This document shows, in pieces, positions 1-10,589 of a stretch of DNA of 57,160 nucleotides (its first letter is position 1; the number at the start of each line of letters is the position of its first letter). The DNA comes from a virus. Lineage: Duplodnaviria > Caudoviricetes. Position numbers and translations under genes: made by a program. The notes beneath the pieces are model-generated. The model was not told the origin of the DNA. It worked only from the letters and a program-made list of their open reading frames with translations, and did not search any database. Where the stretch lies: positions 1 through 57,160 of IMG/VR virus record IMGVR_UViG_3300022843_000014; one strand, 5' to 3'.

Positions 1-2
1 AA

Positions 3-311
3 AATGTATCAGCTACCCAAATAGATGAAGCAGGTATGGAATATGTAAAAGAAACAATGGGGGGTTATTACTCGTATATTGAAGATTTTATAGAGGATAT
101 GAAAAAAGTATTTTCTACATTAAAAGATGATTGGGGTGTATATGTACCAGAAGTAAAATATCTGTCAGCAGAACCCCTAGTTAATTATAAGGATTTGTCT
201 TTAACTAAATATCCTAACGTTCATTTTGTTGGAGATGCTCTTTCTGCTCGAGGTATAACGGTTTCAGGAGGTCAAGGTATTTATGTGGCTGAACAAATTT
301 TGGATAACTAA
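3..311 (+). CDS. C-terminal part of an FAD/NAD(P)-dependent oxidoreductase (5' truncated by window edge)
   Basis: Frame is open to the window start; C-terminal NVHFVGDALSARGITVSGGQG resembles the second FAD-binding GD motif. Confidence 0.6.
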   Translation, partial: NVSATQIDEAGMEYVKETMGGYYSYIEDFIEDMKKVFSTLKDDWGVYVPEVKYLSAEPLVNYKDLSLTKYPNVHFVGDALSARGITVSGGQGIYVAEQILDN

Positions 312-334
312 AATAAATTTCGTATATTAACATT

Positions 335-592
335 ATGGAAAAGCAATCAACAAAATGGCCTAAAAGTCAAAAATTAAAAAAAGTAGATGGTACCGTTGCC
401 TATATTTGGGATAGTAAGCTACATAATTGGACTGGTCCTGCTCTTTATCCCGAAGGTAATACTAGAAAAGGAGAATATTTTTTATATGGTATACCTATGA
501 CAAAGGATGAATGGAGGGAAGCTATATCTCAACAATCAGGATTACCTTGGTATAAAAAACCAGCACCAAAAGGTGCTAATCATAGAAACTAA
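335..592 (+). CDS. Hypothetical protein with one degenerate HREDGPA-like unit
   Basis: KLHNWTGPAL...EYFLYG resembles the repeats at 48463-49499; preceded by an early promoter motif. Confidence 0.6.
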   Translation: MEKQSTKWPKSQKLKKVDGTVAYIWDSKLHNWTGPALYPEGNTRKGEYFLYGIPMTKDEWREAISQQSGLPWYKKPAPKGANHRN

Positions 593-609
593 AAGTATAA
601 TTATAATAT

Positions 610-1158
610 ATGGAAAAAAGAAAAACAAATCGTATAGGGTTATGTGGTACAATGTGCGTTGGAAAAACGAGTTTAGTAAATGCTTTAAAAGAATTAGACC
701 AATTTAAAGATTATAAATTTGCAACCGAACGAAGTCAATACTTAATGTCTTTAGGTATACCATTAAATACAGATTCAACTCTTAAAGGACAAACCGTATT
801 CTTAGCTGAACGTTGTAGTGAACTAATGTATGAGAATATTATAACAGATAGAACAATTCTAGACGTTATGGCTTTTACTCTTAATGCCAATTCAATTGCT
901 TATCAAGACAAAGAGGCATTTGAGAGATATGCTAGTAATTTTGTTAGGGAATATGATTATATATTTTACATATCACCTGAAGGTATTCCCGTTGAAGAAA
1001 ACGGAGTTAGGGAGACAGATGAACATTATAGAAGTATAATTGATCATACAATTGTGTCATTAGTTAAAAAACATGGTCATAAAGCCGGTAAAGTTGAAAA
1101 AATATCGGGTTCTACCGATGAACGTATTCAACAAATTTTAACTATTATGGAGTTGTAA
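610..1158 (+). CDS. P-loop NTPase, NadR/AAA_28-like (possible nucleotide kinase)
   Basis: Walker A GTMCVGKT and IITDRT motif typical of NMP/dNMP kinase-like folds. Confidence 0.7.
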   Translation: MEKRKTNRIGLCGTMCVGKTSLVNALKELDQFKDYKFATERSQYLMSLGIPLNTDSTLKGQTVFLAERCSELMYENIITDRTILDVMAFTLNANSIAYQDKEAFERYASNFVREYDYIFYISPEGIPVEENGVRETDEHYRSIIDHTIVSLVKKHGHKAGKVEKISGSTDERIQQILTIMEL

Positions 1159-1194
1159 CATATTTATAACAAAACATAACTTAATATTAAAATA

Positions 1195-1758
1195 ATGAAA
1201 AAATCCGAATTAAAAGACTACATTAAAGAGAACATTTTATCTTCATTATCTGAAAGTAATGAAGATGCTATTAAATCTACTAATGATTTAACTACAGCAT
1301 TTCAAGACTTAAAAAAAGCCAAAGATGAAGCAGGTATAGAAGAAGCAAATATAGGACTCGCTGATTTAGAAGAAATGGGATATGAAGAAGGAGAACAATA
1401 CTTTGAAAGTATAAAATCCCGATTTAAAAATAGACCTGACTTTAAGTATTTTAAAATGGGATTCATTCAGGGAATAACCGATGCAGCAGGTAGTTATGGG
1501 TTAAATGAGAGTGAAGATGATGATGATGAAAAATCAGCCATCAAGTCTGCAAATGCATCCCGTGGTAAGAGTAAAAAACTAGATGTGGCTGTAAAAGCTT
1601 TAAAGGATATTACTACCGAAATGAAGTCAATAGCTCGTAAGTATAGTAGTGCCGAAGGTGTTGAGAAAGAAAAAATTAAGGACCAGCTAAAAATACAAAC
1701 AGTAAAGAAAAAAGAACTAGAATCCTTAGTAGCTAAGTTAGAAAAAGATGTGGTATAA
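1195..1758 (+). CDS. Putative head-internal/prohead-associated protein
   Basis: TATTTATA motif at 1161; N-terminal MKKSELKDYIKE and internal LSE, IEE, LNE sites; acidic and coiled-coil character. Confidence 0.5.
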   Translation: MKKSELKDYIKENILSSLSESNEDAIKSTNDLTTAFQDLKKAKDEAGIEEANIGLADLEEMGYEEGEQYFESIKSRFKNRPDFKYFKMGFIQGITDAAGSYGLNESEDDDDEKSAIKSANASRGKSKKLDVAVKALKDITTEMKSIARKYSSAEGVEKEKIKDQLKIQTVKKKELESLVAKLEKDVV

Positions 1759-2152
1759 AGAACCTTATAAGGAAAAGAGAAATCTCTATATTGTTTTAAT
1801 TGCAATATTTTTATCTCTTATTTATGTGTTATATTTTACCCCAAACAAACCTACTAGTAGTGAATATGAATACAAATCCAGAATAAATATCTTAAAGGCA
1901 AAATCTGATTCATTACAAAAAACAAACAAGTACCTAGTAAATAAAATTGACGTTTTAAATTTACAAGTAATAGATTTAGATAAATCAATACTCTTACAAG
2001 ATGAAAAAATAATAACTTTAAAAAAGCAAACTAATGAAAAGATTAACAATGTTGATTCTTTTAGTGATGATGAACTTAATATGTTCTTCACAAATCGTTA
2101 CGGACAGTACCTTGATTCAATTAAAAAAACCAGTAGTAAGATTAGTAATTAA
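1748..2152 (+). CDS. Membrane-anchored coiled-coil protein (i-spanin-like)
   Basis: Single N-terminal TM segment (LYIVLIAIFLSLIYVLYF) followed by heptad coiled coil; overlaps the next gene. Confidence 0.45.
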   Translation: MWYKEPYKEKRNLYIVLIAIFLSLIYVLYFTPNKPTSSEYEYKSRINILKAKSDSLQKTNKYLVNKIDVLNLQVIDLDKSILLQDEKIITLKKQTNEKINNVDSFSDDELNMFFTNRYGQYLDSIKKTSSKISN

Positions 2153-2438
2153 AGACCTAATAAAGGGTGATAGTTTTAAAGAAGAATTATTATTAATTTC
2201 AACTAAAGTTATTTTTTTAGAAAATAAAATTGTTTTAAAAGATAGTATTATTAGTAATTTTGAGCAACAGGTAAATAATTACAACTCCATATTGTTACTT
2301 AACAAATCTCAATTTGAATTAGCAGAGAGTTTAAATGAAGAATTAAAATCCTCATTAAGAAAACAAAAATTTAAAACCAGATTAGTAGGAGGGGTAGGTA
2401 TTATAGCAATTGTGGGTACAATCTACTTATTAAAATAA
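2034..2438 (+). CDS. Secreted/membrane coiled-coil protein (spanin partner candidate)
   Basis: Signal-peptide-like N-terminus with Cys17, coiled coil and C-terminal hydrophobic segment; starts inside the upstream gene. Confidence 0.4.
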   Translation: MKRLTMLILLVMMNLICSSQIVTDSTLIQLKKPVVRLVIKDLIKGDSFKEELLLISTKVIFLENKIVLKDSIISNFEQQVNNYNSILLLNKSQFELAESLNEELKSSLRKQKFKTRLVGGVGIIAIVGTIYLLK

Positions 2439-2439
2439 T

Positions 2440-4020
2440 ATGAGTGATATAAAACACATAATACGTCAGGAATATCTTAAATGCTGCCAAGACCCAGTAT
2501 ATTTTATGCGTAAGTATTGTTATATACAACATCCACAACGTGGTCGCATACAGTTTAATCTGTACCCATTTCAAGAAAAGGTACTAACGTTACTTCAAAA
2601 CAACGATTATAGTGCTATTTTAAAATCTAGACAACTAGGTATATCAACCTTGGTTTCAGGTTACGGTCTTTGGTTAATGAATTTCCATAAGGATAAAAAC
2701 ATACTAGCACTTGCAACAACACAAGCAACAGCAAGAAATTTAGTTAGCAAGGTACAGTTTATGTGGGATAATCTACCATCATGGTTAAAGGTAGATGCTG
2801 TAGAAAATAATAAATTATCTCTTAGATTGACTAATGGGTCAAAAATCCAAGCTAAATCCTCAAACGCCGATGCTGCTCGTTCAGAGGCAGTATCTTTATT
2901 AATAATTGATGAAGCAGCCTTCATTGATAATATTGCAGAAACGTGGGCTTCTGCACAACAAACTCTAGCTACGGGAGGTGGAGCTATTGTACTATCTACC
3001 CCATATGGTACTGGTAATTGGTTTCATCAAACATGGGTTAAAGCAGAATCCGGAGAAAACGATTTCTTACCAATTAAACTTCCATGGTATGTTCACCCAG
3101 AACGAAACCAAACATGGAGAGATGCTCAAGATAACTTATTAGGTGACCCTAGATTAGCAGCACAAGAATGTGATTGTGACTTCAGTACATCAGGTGATAT
3201 TGTATTTTACAGTGAACATTTAGAATATTACGAAAAATCATTTATTAAAGATCCTTTAGAACGTAGGGGTGTAGACCAAAACCTATGGGTTTGGGAAAAT
3301 GCTGACTATTCAAGATCCTATATGGTTCTAGCGGATGTTGCTCGTGGGGATGGAAAAGATTTTTCTACCTGCCACGTAATGGATATTGAAAATAATGTTC
3401 AAGTTGCTGAGTACAAAGGTCAAATAGGTACTAAGGAATTTGGACATTTATTAGTTGGTTTAGCTACTGAATATAATGAAGCCTTACTTGTAATAGAAAA
3501 TGCTAATATAGGATGGGCAACTATACAAGTAGCGATAGATAGAAATTATTCTAATCTTTATTATTCACAAAGGAGTGGAGAAACCAATGCTGATTCGTAT
3601 TTTGATCAATATCAAGATAACTCAAAATTAGTAGCTGGTTTTACTATGTCTTCAAAAACAAGACCTATGGTAATAGGTAAGTTTCAAGAATACATTAATG
3701 ACAAGGGAGTAACAATTCAATCTAAAAGATTGATTGAAGAAATGAAAGTATTTATTTGGAAAAATGGTAGAGCAGAGGCTCAAGGTGGATATAATGATGA
3801 TTTAGTAATGGCATTTGGAATGGGGATGTATGTTAGAGATACAGCATTAAAATTTAAACAAAGAGGAATAGATTTAACAAAACAGTCATTGAATAATATG
3901 ACAGTTAATAGAACTCCATATCACGGGGGTTATGGGTCTGGATACGGACAACAAGTAGTAAATCCTTATTCTATGAAGAATGATAAAGGGGGTATTGAAG
4001 ATATTACTTGGTTATTATAA
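2440..4020 (+). CDS. terL: Terminase large subunit (T4 gp17-like)
   Basis: LYPFQ Q-motif, KSRQLG Walker A region, LLIIDEAAF Walker B, STPYG motif III, nuclease DVARGDGKD and C-terminal DDLVMA. Confidence 0.95.
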   Translation: MSDIKHIIRQEYLKCCQDPVYFMRKYCYIQHPQRGRIQFNLYPFQEKVLTLLQNNDYSAILKSRQLGISTLVSGYGLWLMNFHKDKNILALATTQATARNLVSKVQFMWDNLPSWLKVDAVENNKLSLRLTNGSKIQAKSSNADAARSEAVSLLIIDEAAFIDNIAETWASAQQTLATGGGAIVLSTPYGTGNWFHQTWVKAESGENDFLPIKLPWYVHPERNQTWRDAQDNLLGDPRLAAQECDCDFSTSGDIVFYSEHLEYYEKSFIKDPLERRGVDQNLWVWENADYSRSYMVLADVARGDGKDFSTCHVMDIENNVQVAEYKGQIGTKEFGHLLVGLATEYNEALLVIENANIGWATIQVAIDRNYSNLYYSQRSGETNADSYFDQYQDNSKLVAGFTMSSKTRPMVIGKFQEYINDKGVTIQSKRLIEEMKVFIWKNGRAEAQGGYNDDLVMAFGMGMYVRDTALKFKQRGIDLTKQSLNNMTVNRTPYHGGYGSGYGQQVVNPYSMKNDKGGIEDITWLL

Positions 4021-4058
4021 CCCTATTTATAAACAATAATGAATAATAAATATTAAAG

Positions 4059-5954
4059 ATGGAAGATAAAGGTGTATTTACCAAATTAAAACGATTATTT
4101 TCTACTGATGTAGTAATACGAAATGTAGGAGGAGATCAAATTAAAGTCATAGATTCGGGTCACATTCAGTCTAGCGGAGAGTATGAAACAAACTCTGTAA
4201 TAGACAGATTTAATAAAGTTTATTCTTCGGCACCAACTTCCTTATACGGGGCTCAATTTAATCTAAATTATCAGTACCTTAGGACTCAATTGTATTCAGA
4301 ATATGATGTAATGGATACTGATGCTATTGTGGCTTCTTCTCTTGATATTATAGCGGATGAATCCACACTTAAAAATGATATGGGAGAAGTACTTCAAATT
4401 AGAAGTTCAAATGAAGATACACAGAAAATATTATACAACTTGTTTTATGATGTGTTAAACGTAGAGTTTAATTTATGGATGTGGGTTAGACAGATGTGTA
4501 AATATGGTGACTTTTTTTTAAAGTTAGAAATAGCTGAAAAATTTGGTGTTTATAATGTTATACCCTATACCGCCTATCATATTGAAAGGGTTGAAGGGTC
4601 AAATCCTGATAACCCCTCGGAAGTAAGATTTAAATGGAATCCTGAAGGTTTTTCTGGTGCTTCCTCTAGTGGATATTATGGAACAGCAAGCTCCCGTGGT
4701 TTAGATGATGATGGAAGTAGTATAGTATATGATAATTACGAAATGGCTCATTTTAGAATGGTGGGTGATGTTAATTATTTACCTTATGGTAGATCTTATA
4801 TTGAACCCGCTAGAAAATTGTTCAAACAGTATACTTTAATGGAGGATGCTATGCTTATTCATAGAATAGCCCGAGCACCCGAAAAAAGAGTATTTTATGT
4901 AAATGTTGGAGCTATACCTCCTAATGAAGTAGAAGCATTTATGCAAAAAACTATAACAAACATGAAACGTGCTCCTATGATGGATGAAAAAACCGGAGAA
5001 TACAATTTAAAATATAACATGCAAAACATGTTAGAAGATTTTTATATTCCGGTTCGTGGAAGTGACAGTGCAACAAAAATTGAAACAACTCCAGGCCTAC
5101 AATACGATGGTATCGCAGATGTTGAATATCTAAGAGAAAAATTATTTGCTGCCTTAAAAGTACCTAAATCTTTTATGGGTTACGGGGAAGGAGAAGCAGG
5201 TAAATCTACTTTGGCACAACAGGATATTAGATTTGCTCGTACTATTGATAGAATACAAAGAATACTACTATCAGAATTGCAAAAAATAGCATTAGTTCAT
5301 CTATACACACAGGGACATAGAGATGAAGCTTTAACAAATTTTGAATTGTCAATGACAACTCCTTCTATAATTTATGATCAAGAAAGAATTGAGCTAATGA
5401 AATCTAAATCCGAGTTAGCAGGAACATTGTTAGAGCAAGGTTTAGTGCCTTCTGATTGGATATATGATAATGTTTATCACTTTAGTGAAGATCAAATTGG
5501 GGAATATAGAGATTTAGTTCGTGAAGATTCTAAACGTAAATTTAGAAATGGTCAAATACAGGAAGAAGGTAATGATCCTTTAGAAAGTGGTCAATCCTAC
5601 GGAACCCCACATGATTTAGCTTCATTATATGGTAAAGGTAGAACAATGTCTGATCCCTCTAATGTACCTGATGGGTATTCTGATGATTTAGAAATGGGTC
5701 GACCTAAAGATGGTATTACTAACCGAGGAAAACAAGATAATAATTTTGGTAAAGATCCTTTAGGTGTTAAGGGTATGAAAGGAACAGATAAAAATGATGG
5801 AAACCCTAAACCTAGATTGTCTGAATTTGAGGATCCTAAAATTACTTTTTTAAAGAATAAAGACATCTTTAAAGGGTTAGATAAAAAACAGCTAATATTT
5901 GAACAAGATAAAGCAGATTCTTCACTACTTGATGAATCTCGATTAAGATCCTAA
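4059..5954 (+). CDS. Portal protein (T4 gp20-like)
   Basis: LMEDAMLIHRIARAPEKRVFY and DVEYLREKLFAALKVP match gp20-family motifs; follows terminase. Confidence 0.93.
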   Translation: MEDKGVFTKLKRLFSTDVVIRNVGGDQIKVIDSGHIQSSGEYETNSVIDRFNKVYSSAPTSLYGAQFNLNYQYLRTQLYSEYDVMDTDAIVASSLDIIADESTLKNDMGEVLQIRSSNEDTQKILYNLFYDVLNVEFNLWMWVRQMCKYGDFFLKLEIAEKFGVYNVIPYTAYHIERVEGSNPDNPSEVRFKWNPEGFSGASSSGYYGTASSRGLDDDGSSIVYDNYEMAHFRMVGDVNYLPYGRSYIEPARKLFKQYTLMEDAMLIHRIARAPEKRVFYVNVGAIPPNEVEAFMQKTITNMKRAPMMDEKTGEYNLKYNMQNMLEDFYIPVRGSDSATKIETTPGLQYDGIADVEYLREKLFAALKVPKSFMGYGEGEAGKSTLAQQDIRFARTIDRIQRILLSELQKIALVHLYTQGHRDEALTNFELSMTTPSIIYDQERIELMKSKSELAGTLLEQGLVPSDWIYDNVYHFSEDQIGEYRDLVREDSKRKFRNGQIQEEGNDPLESGQSYGTPHDLASLYGKGRTMSDPSNVPDGYSDDLEMGRPKDGITNRGKQDNNFGKDPLGVKGMKGTDKNDGNPKPRLSEFEDPKITFLKNKDIFKGLDKKQLIFEQDKADSSLLDESRLRS

Positions 5955-6019
5955 TATTTATAAATAAATATACTTTAATAATCAAAAAACAAAAGGAGAT
6001 TTAATTTTAATTACAAAAA

Positions 6020-6889
6020 ATGAAGAACAATAATAGGATTACCCACTCAAAGTATAAAAATACAGGTATATTATTCGAATTGCTTGTTAGACAGATAACA
6101 TCAGACACTTTATCGGGTAAAGATTCTAAAGCTATTAACTTATTAAAAACTTATTTTACAAAAACTGAATTAGGTCGTGAGTACAGGTTATATGAAACTA
6201 TTACTAAATCTAAAACATTAAGTGAGGCAAGAGCTTCTATATATTTGAACACAACTCTTGATAATTCTAAGGCATTTAATAGGAGTGCATTAAAAAGACA
6301 AAAGTATAACTTAATTAATGAAATAAAATCTCATTATGATTTAAATACTTTTTTTGGGTCTCAAATTAAAAATTATAAAGAAACAGCAGCCCTATATACT
6401 TTAATAGAAGGTGTTAATTCTAAAAATGTTGTAAATAATGACCAATTAATTGCTAATAAAATTACAATATTAGAATTTCTAACTAAAAAAGAAATAACCC
6501 CAACTAAAGATGACGAAGTACTAGCAGAATTTATTACTTATGATAAGGATATAAGATCCCTAACCTATAGAATATTGTTAGAAAAGTTTAATGAAAAGTA
6601 TGATGGGTTATGTAATGAACAAAAACAAGTACTTAAGGAATTTATTAATTCTGTAGATTCAACCCCGGGTTTAAGAATTTTTTATAATACTAAAATAAAC
6701 GAACTTAAAAATTCTTTAAAAGAATCAATTAACGACATAAAGGATTCTGCTACTAAAGTTAAAATAACTGAAATCTCTAAATTTTTAGTTGAACTGAATA
6801 AAACAGATAAAGTAGATAACAACAATTTAGTTGATTTGTTACAATATTATGAACTAGTAAATGAACTTAAAAGATCTAATGGCATATAA
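6020..6889 (+). CDS. Conserved head-module hypothetical protein
   Basis: 289-aa ORF between portal and protease, downstream of TATTTATA at 5955. Confidence 0.6.
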   Translation: MKNNNRITHSKYKNTGILFELLVRQITSDTLSGKDSKAINLLKTYFTKTELGREYRLYETITKSKTLSEARASIYLNTTLDNSKAFNRSALKRQKYNLINEIKSHYDLNTFFGSQIKNYKETAALYTLIEGVNSKNVVNNDQLIANKITILEFLTKKEITPTKDDEVLAEFITYDKDIRSLTYRILLEKFNEKYDGLCNEQKQVLKEFINSVDSTPGLRIFYNTKINELKNSLKESINDIKDSATKVKITEISKFLVELNKTDKVDNNNLVDLLQYYELVNELKRSNGI

Positions 6890-7544
6890 ATACAAACTTA
6901 AAGAAATTGAAGTGGGTGATGTTAAATCATCTTCATTAACAAAAGATACAATACGTACACACGTTAGAAATAACTACCCAGAAGAATATAAAAAATCTGT
7001 GGGGGTGAATGAATCACTTAATGAGGCTGCTATTGATGGTGACCGGCAAATGATTACTAGAGCTATAGAAAATATGGTTAGTAGAAAAATGACTGTAGGT
7101 CAGGTAATGCAAGAAATCAAGAACGCAGTAGATCAGAGTGAGAGCATGAGTGATATTTTTAAGTCAAATTTAAAATATGGTTTAAGAGAAGAAGACGTAG
7201 AAGAAATGTCAACCTCCGGAGGTGCTGGTGCCTATCTAACACCTTATGCCTTTAAATTAACTAAAAAACAAAAATCTATAGAAGAATCTGAATCTAAAAT
7301 ATATAATAAATTACAACAAATACAGAAGAAAATAGTTAAAGATATTAAAGCAAATACACCCCCCGATTCTTTAAAAAGTGACATAATTCAATGGGTACGT
7401 GATAGTGCAGGGGAATACATTCAACATTTGAAACAGGCAAGTAAAAGTAACCAAACATATAGACAGGAAGAGGATAGGATAGATAATGTGCTTGATGATT
7501 TCACAAATCAAACATATAATGACTTTTTCAACAAAACTAAATAA
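6879..7544 (+). CDS. Putative head-internal modular protein
   Basis: Likely start MAYKYKLKE; segments delimited by LKE, LNE, LRE, IEE; head module location. Confidence 0.5.
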   Translation: MAYKYKLKEIEVGDVKSSSLTKDTIRTHVRNNYPEEYKKSVGVNESLNEAAIDGDRQMITRAIENMVSRKMTVGQVMQEIKNAVDQSESMSDIFKSNLKYGLREEDVEEMSTSGGAGAYLTPYAFKLTKKQKSIEESESKIYNKLQQIQKKIVKDIKANTPPDSLKSDIIQWVRDSAGEYIQHLKQASKSNQTYRQEEDRIDNVLDDFTNQTYNDFFNKTK

Positions 7545-7573
7545 CAAAAATCTATTTAAAAGTATATTCTAAT

Positions 7574-7804
7574 ATGTATAAGGGTATGATAATTAAAGAA
7601 AATGAAGATAAACTAAAATTTCAAGAGGAAAGAATTAAAGCCTTTAGTAAAATAGAAGAAGACTTATTATCTTTGATTAAACCTTTAAGACAAGCAAAAA
7701 TAGAAACAATAAAATACTACAGGGAAAACCCAGAAAGTTTTTCTGTAGTAACAGGTACAGATTTAATTCAAGACTTTATAAAAGACATTAAAACATTATT
7801 ATGA
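7574..7804 (+). CDS. Small head-module hypothetical protein
   Basis: Coupled to the next gene; IIKE near the N-terminus. Confidence 0.5.
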   Translation: MYKGMIIKENEDKLKFQEERIKAFSKIEEDLLSLIKPLRQAKIETIKYYRENPESFSVVTGTDLIQDFIKDIKTLL

Positions 7805-9246
7805 AAACACTACAGGAACAATATAATTTAATCCAAGAAGGCAAAGGCCGTAAAGATTTATTTTTAAAGGAGGCAAAGTCTACTTATCCTAATTTAATAT
7901 CAAACATAACTTCTTATAATGATGCTGAAAAAATATTAAAAAGCAAAAGCAAAATTAACGAAAATATAGGTGGTATTATTACTTTAAAACCTATATCCCA
8001 GTTAACATCCGAGGATTTTAACCCTAACAAACAATCTTGGGAATATAAATATGAAAATTTTGTTAACGAAGAGAGAGCAAAATCATTAAAACCTGCCATC
8101 AATAAGGATAAAAAGATTAATACTGAAGAACAGGATGAAAAAATCAAAGCGGATATAAAAAAAGTATCAGACCCTGTAGAAAATATTGATAAGAGTAATT
8201 ATGATTACTCACCCAAAGAGGATAATATTAATAATGTTAACGCCCAGGAAATGATGAACGGTGTATATTTTGAACTTAAAGAAGATCCTTCTTTATCTTT
8301 AGAAAAGGCTCAAGAAAAAGTAATTAAAAACCTAGCAAAAGACCCACTAACTTACATAAAGAATGGGCAATTTGGGGTAGGTATAGGTTATACAGAACCA
8401 GAAGTATACGAAAATTCAGGCAAAACCTACGGGGGTAGCGGATATAGTGATAAATTAAAAAAAACAGATACTAAAATGAGACCATTAAAAGAATCAACTT
8501 ACAAGAGACTAATTAAAGAAGGATTAGGAGGAGTAGTAACATCAGGTAATTCAAATTCCTATGCCTCACAGTCCGGGAGAGAAATTAGAAAAATGATGGC
8601 TGAAGATTATAATCAGCAAGAAGTAGGATCCCAATATCATAGTTCTTTATATACCGAATCCAATGAAGAAAAACCACTTCCTATGGATGAAAAGGCAAAA
8701 CCAGACTTCCTAGATTTAGATGGAGATGGTGACAAGGGTGAAACTATGAAAAAAGCAGCATCTGATAAAAAACAAAAACCTAAAAAAGATTCAATAGATG
8801 CTAAATTGGCAGAAATTGGAGCCGAGGCCGAAGCAGTTAAAATGGAAGCTCAATTAGAGTATTTAACTAATCATATTAACGAAAAGCAAGATAGATTGAC
8901 TGGTATTAATGAAGATGAAAATATGTTGGATTTAATGGATAAATCTAAATTGAAAGAAATGGCTAGGGACATTAAGCTTCTAGAAAAGAAGAAATCACAA
9001 ATGGAGAAAATCTACGAAAAAACATGTGGTAAAAGTTACTCCCCAACTAAAATGGTAGATGAAGATGTAGATGGTGGATTTGAAAGTGAGGATGAAAAAG
9101 AAAATTATTATTTAAATTTAGATAGTGTTGATGAAATGGATGCCGTAAGTTGGAATGATAAAAACAACCCAACACGTGGAGCTGCAGGTGAAAGAGATCC
9201 TAAAAAAGTAGGTACTTCAACAGGAGAATATTCTGTAAACAAATAA
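7801..9246 (+). CDS. Putative prohead core/internal protein
   Basis: N-terminus MKTLQEQYNLIQE resembles the T4 internal-protein targeting leader; highly charged; directly upstream of the protease. Confidence 0.55.
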   Translation: MKTLQEQYNLIQEGKGRKDLFLKEAKSTYPNLISNITSYNDAEKILKSKSKINENIGGIITLKPISQLTSEDFNPNKQSWEYKYENFVNEERAKSLKPAINKDKKINTEEQDEKIKADIKKVSDPVENIDKSNYDYSPKEDNINNVNAQEMMNGVYFELKEDPSLSLEKAQEKVIKNLAKDPLTYIKNGQFGVGIGYTEPEVYENSGKTYGGSGYSDKLKKTDTKMRPLKESTYKRLIKEGLGGVVTSGNSNSYASQSGREIRKMMAEDYNQQEVGSQYHSSLYTESNEEKPLPMDEKAKPDFLDLDGDGDKGETMKKAASDKKQKPKKDSIDAKLAEIGAEAEAVKMEAQLEYLTNHINEKQDRLTGINEDENMLDLMDKSKLKEMARDIKLLEKKKSQMEKIYEKTCGKSYSPTKMVDEDVDGGFESEDEKENYYLNLDSVDEMDAVSWNDKNNPTRGAAGERDPKKVGTSTGEYSVNK

Positions 9247-9252
9247 ATTAAC

Positions 9253-9855
9253 ATGAGAAAGCTATTAATAGAAACTCATAAAATCAATTATGCCCCTACC
9301 GTATTGACCGAAAGTGTTAACGCGGAAAACGGTAATATGATCGTTGAGGGAATATTAGCTACTTGTGAAGTTAAAAACGGAAACGGTAGATATTATTCTA
9401 AGGAATTATGGGAGAGAGAAATGGACCGTTACTCTGAATTAATAGAACAAAGACGTTCTATGGGAGAATTAGACCATCCAGAGTCTCAAGTAATAAATCT
9501 ACAAAATGTATCACATATTATTAGTGGATATAGATGGGAAGGTAATGACATTATAGGAAAAATTGAAGTCTTACCAACCCCAGCAGGTAACATATTAAAA
9601 GCACTTGTAGGTAATGGTGTAACAGTAGGTGTATCATCTCGGGGTATGGGTTCATTAGAAGAAAAAGAAGGTGTAATGGAAGTACAAGACGATTTCCAAC
9701 TACTTTGCTGGGATTTCGTGTCTACACCCTCAAACCCAGGTTCATACATGAGTCTAATTAAAGAAGACATAGGATTACCTCAATATAGTTATACAAGAGT
9801 AAACAAAATAATCCATGAAATCCTTTGTTCAAAAGGTTCTTGTAATATTTTTTAA
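9253..9855 (+). CDS. Prohead core protease (T4 gp21-like)
   Basis: NGNGRYY, GELDHP, GVSSRGMGSL, DFVSTPS motifs. Confidence 0.95.
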   Translation: MRKLLIETHKINYAPTVLTESVNAENGNMIVEGILATCEVKNGNGRYYSKELWEREMDRYSELIEQRRSMGELDHPESQVINLQNVSHIISGYRWEGNDIIGKIEVLPTPAGNILKALVGNGVTVGVSSRGMGSLEEKEGVMEVQDDFQLLCWDFVSTPSNPGSYMSLIKEDIGLPQYSYTRVNKIIHEILCSKGSCNIF

Positions 9856-9904
9856 TCCAATGTAATTTTTCAAAGTCATTTACATATGTATAATAAAATA
9901 TAAT

Positions 9905-10570
9905 ATGTTGAAGATATGTCCCACTTGTAAAAATGAAAAAAATACTAAGGATTTTAATAAAAATTCTACACGAAAGGATGGCATACAGAGAGAGTGTAGA
10001 GAATGTTGTCACACCCACCACAACAAACATTACCATTCTAAAAAGTCAATTAGGTTAAAAGAAAATCTAAGGGAAGGACATAAAGTATGTACTGTATGTG
10101 AAAAAGAACTTCCCATTAATGGGTTTAAACCTAGTAAAAATGGAAGATTTGGAGTAGGGAGTAATTGTAGACCTTGTTGTAATATTAAATGGAATCAATA
10201 CCAAAAAGAAACAAGACAAAATATAAAATATAGTAGGAGTAGAAAAAAAACAGATCCTATATATAAACTAAAATACCTTACTAGACTAAGAGTTAATGAA
10301 GTAATAAAAAAAGATAATATCACCAAAAACCACTCAGGGTTAAAGTATTTAGGATGTGACGTATCAACATACAAACATCATTTAGAATCCCAATTTTCCC
10401 AAAAAATGAGTTGGGGTAATCATGGGGTTTATTGGGAAGTAGATCACATAAAACCCCTAGTTTTAATTAAAAATGAAAAAGATTGTTTTAAATATTTCCA
10501 TTATCTAAATACCCAACCCTTAACAGTCCAAGAAAATAGAAAAAAAGGTAGTAAAATAACAATAAAATAA
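9905..10570 (+). CDS. HNH homing endonuclease with N-terminal CxxC zinc fingers
   Basis: Repeated CxxC pairs; WEVDHIKP...HYLNTQPL...N HNH core; inserted between protease and scaffold. Confidence 0.8.
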   Translation: MLKICPTCKNEKNTKDFNKNSTRKDGIQRECRECCHTHHNKHYHSKKSIRLKENLREGHKVCTVCEKELPINGFKPSKNGRFGVGSNCRPCCNIKWNQYQKETRQNIKYSRSRKKTDPIYKLKYLTRLRVNEVIKKDNITKNHSGLKYLGCDVSTYKHHLESQFSQKMSWGNHGVYWEVDHIKPLVLIKNEKDCFKYFHYLNTQPLTVQENRKKGSKITIK

Positions 10571-10589
10571 AATAAAATAAATTAAAATT

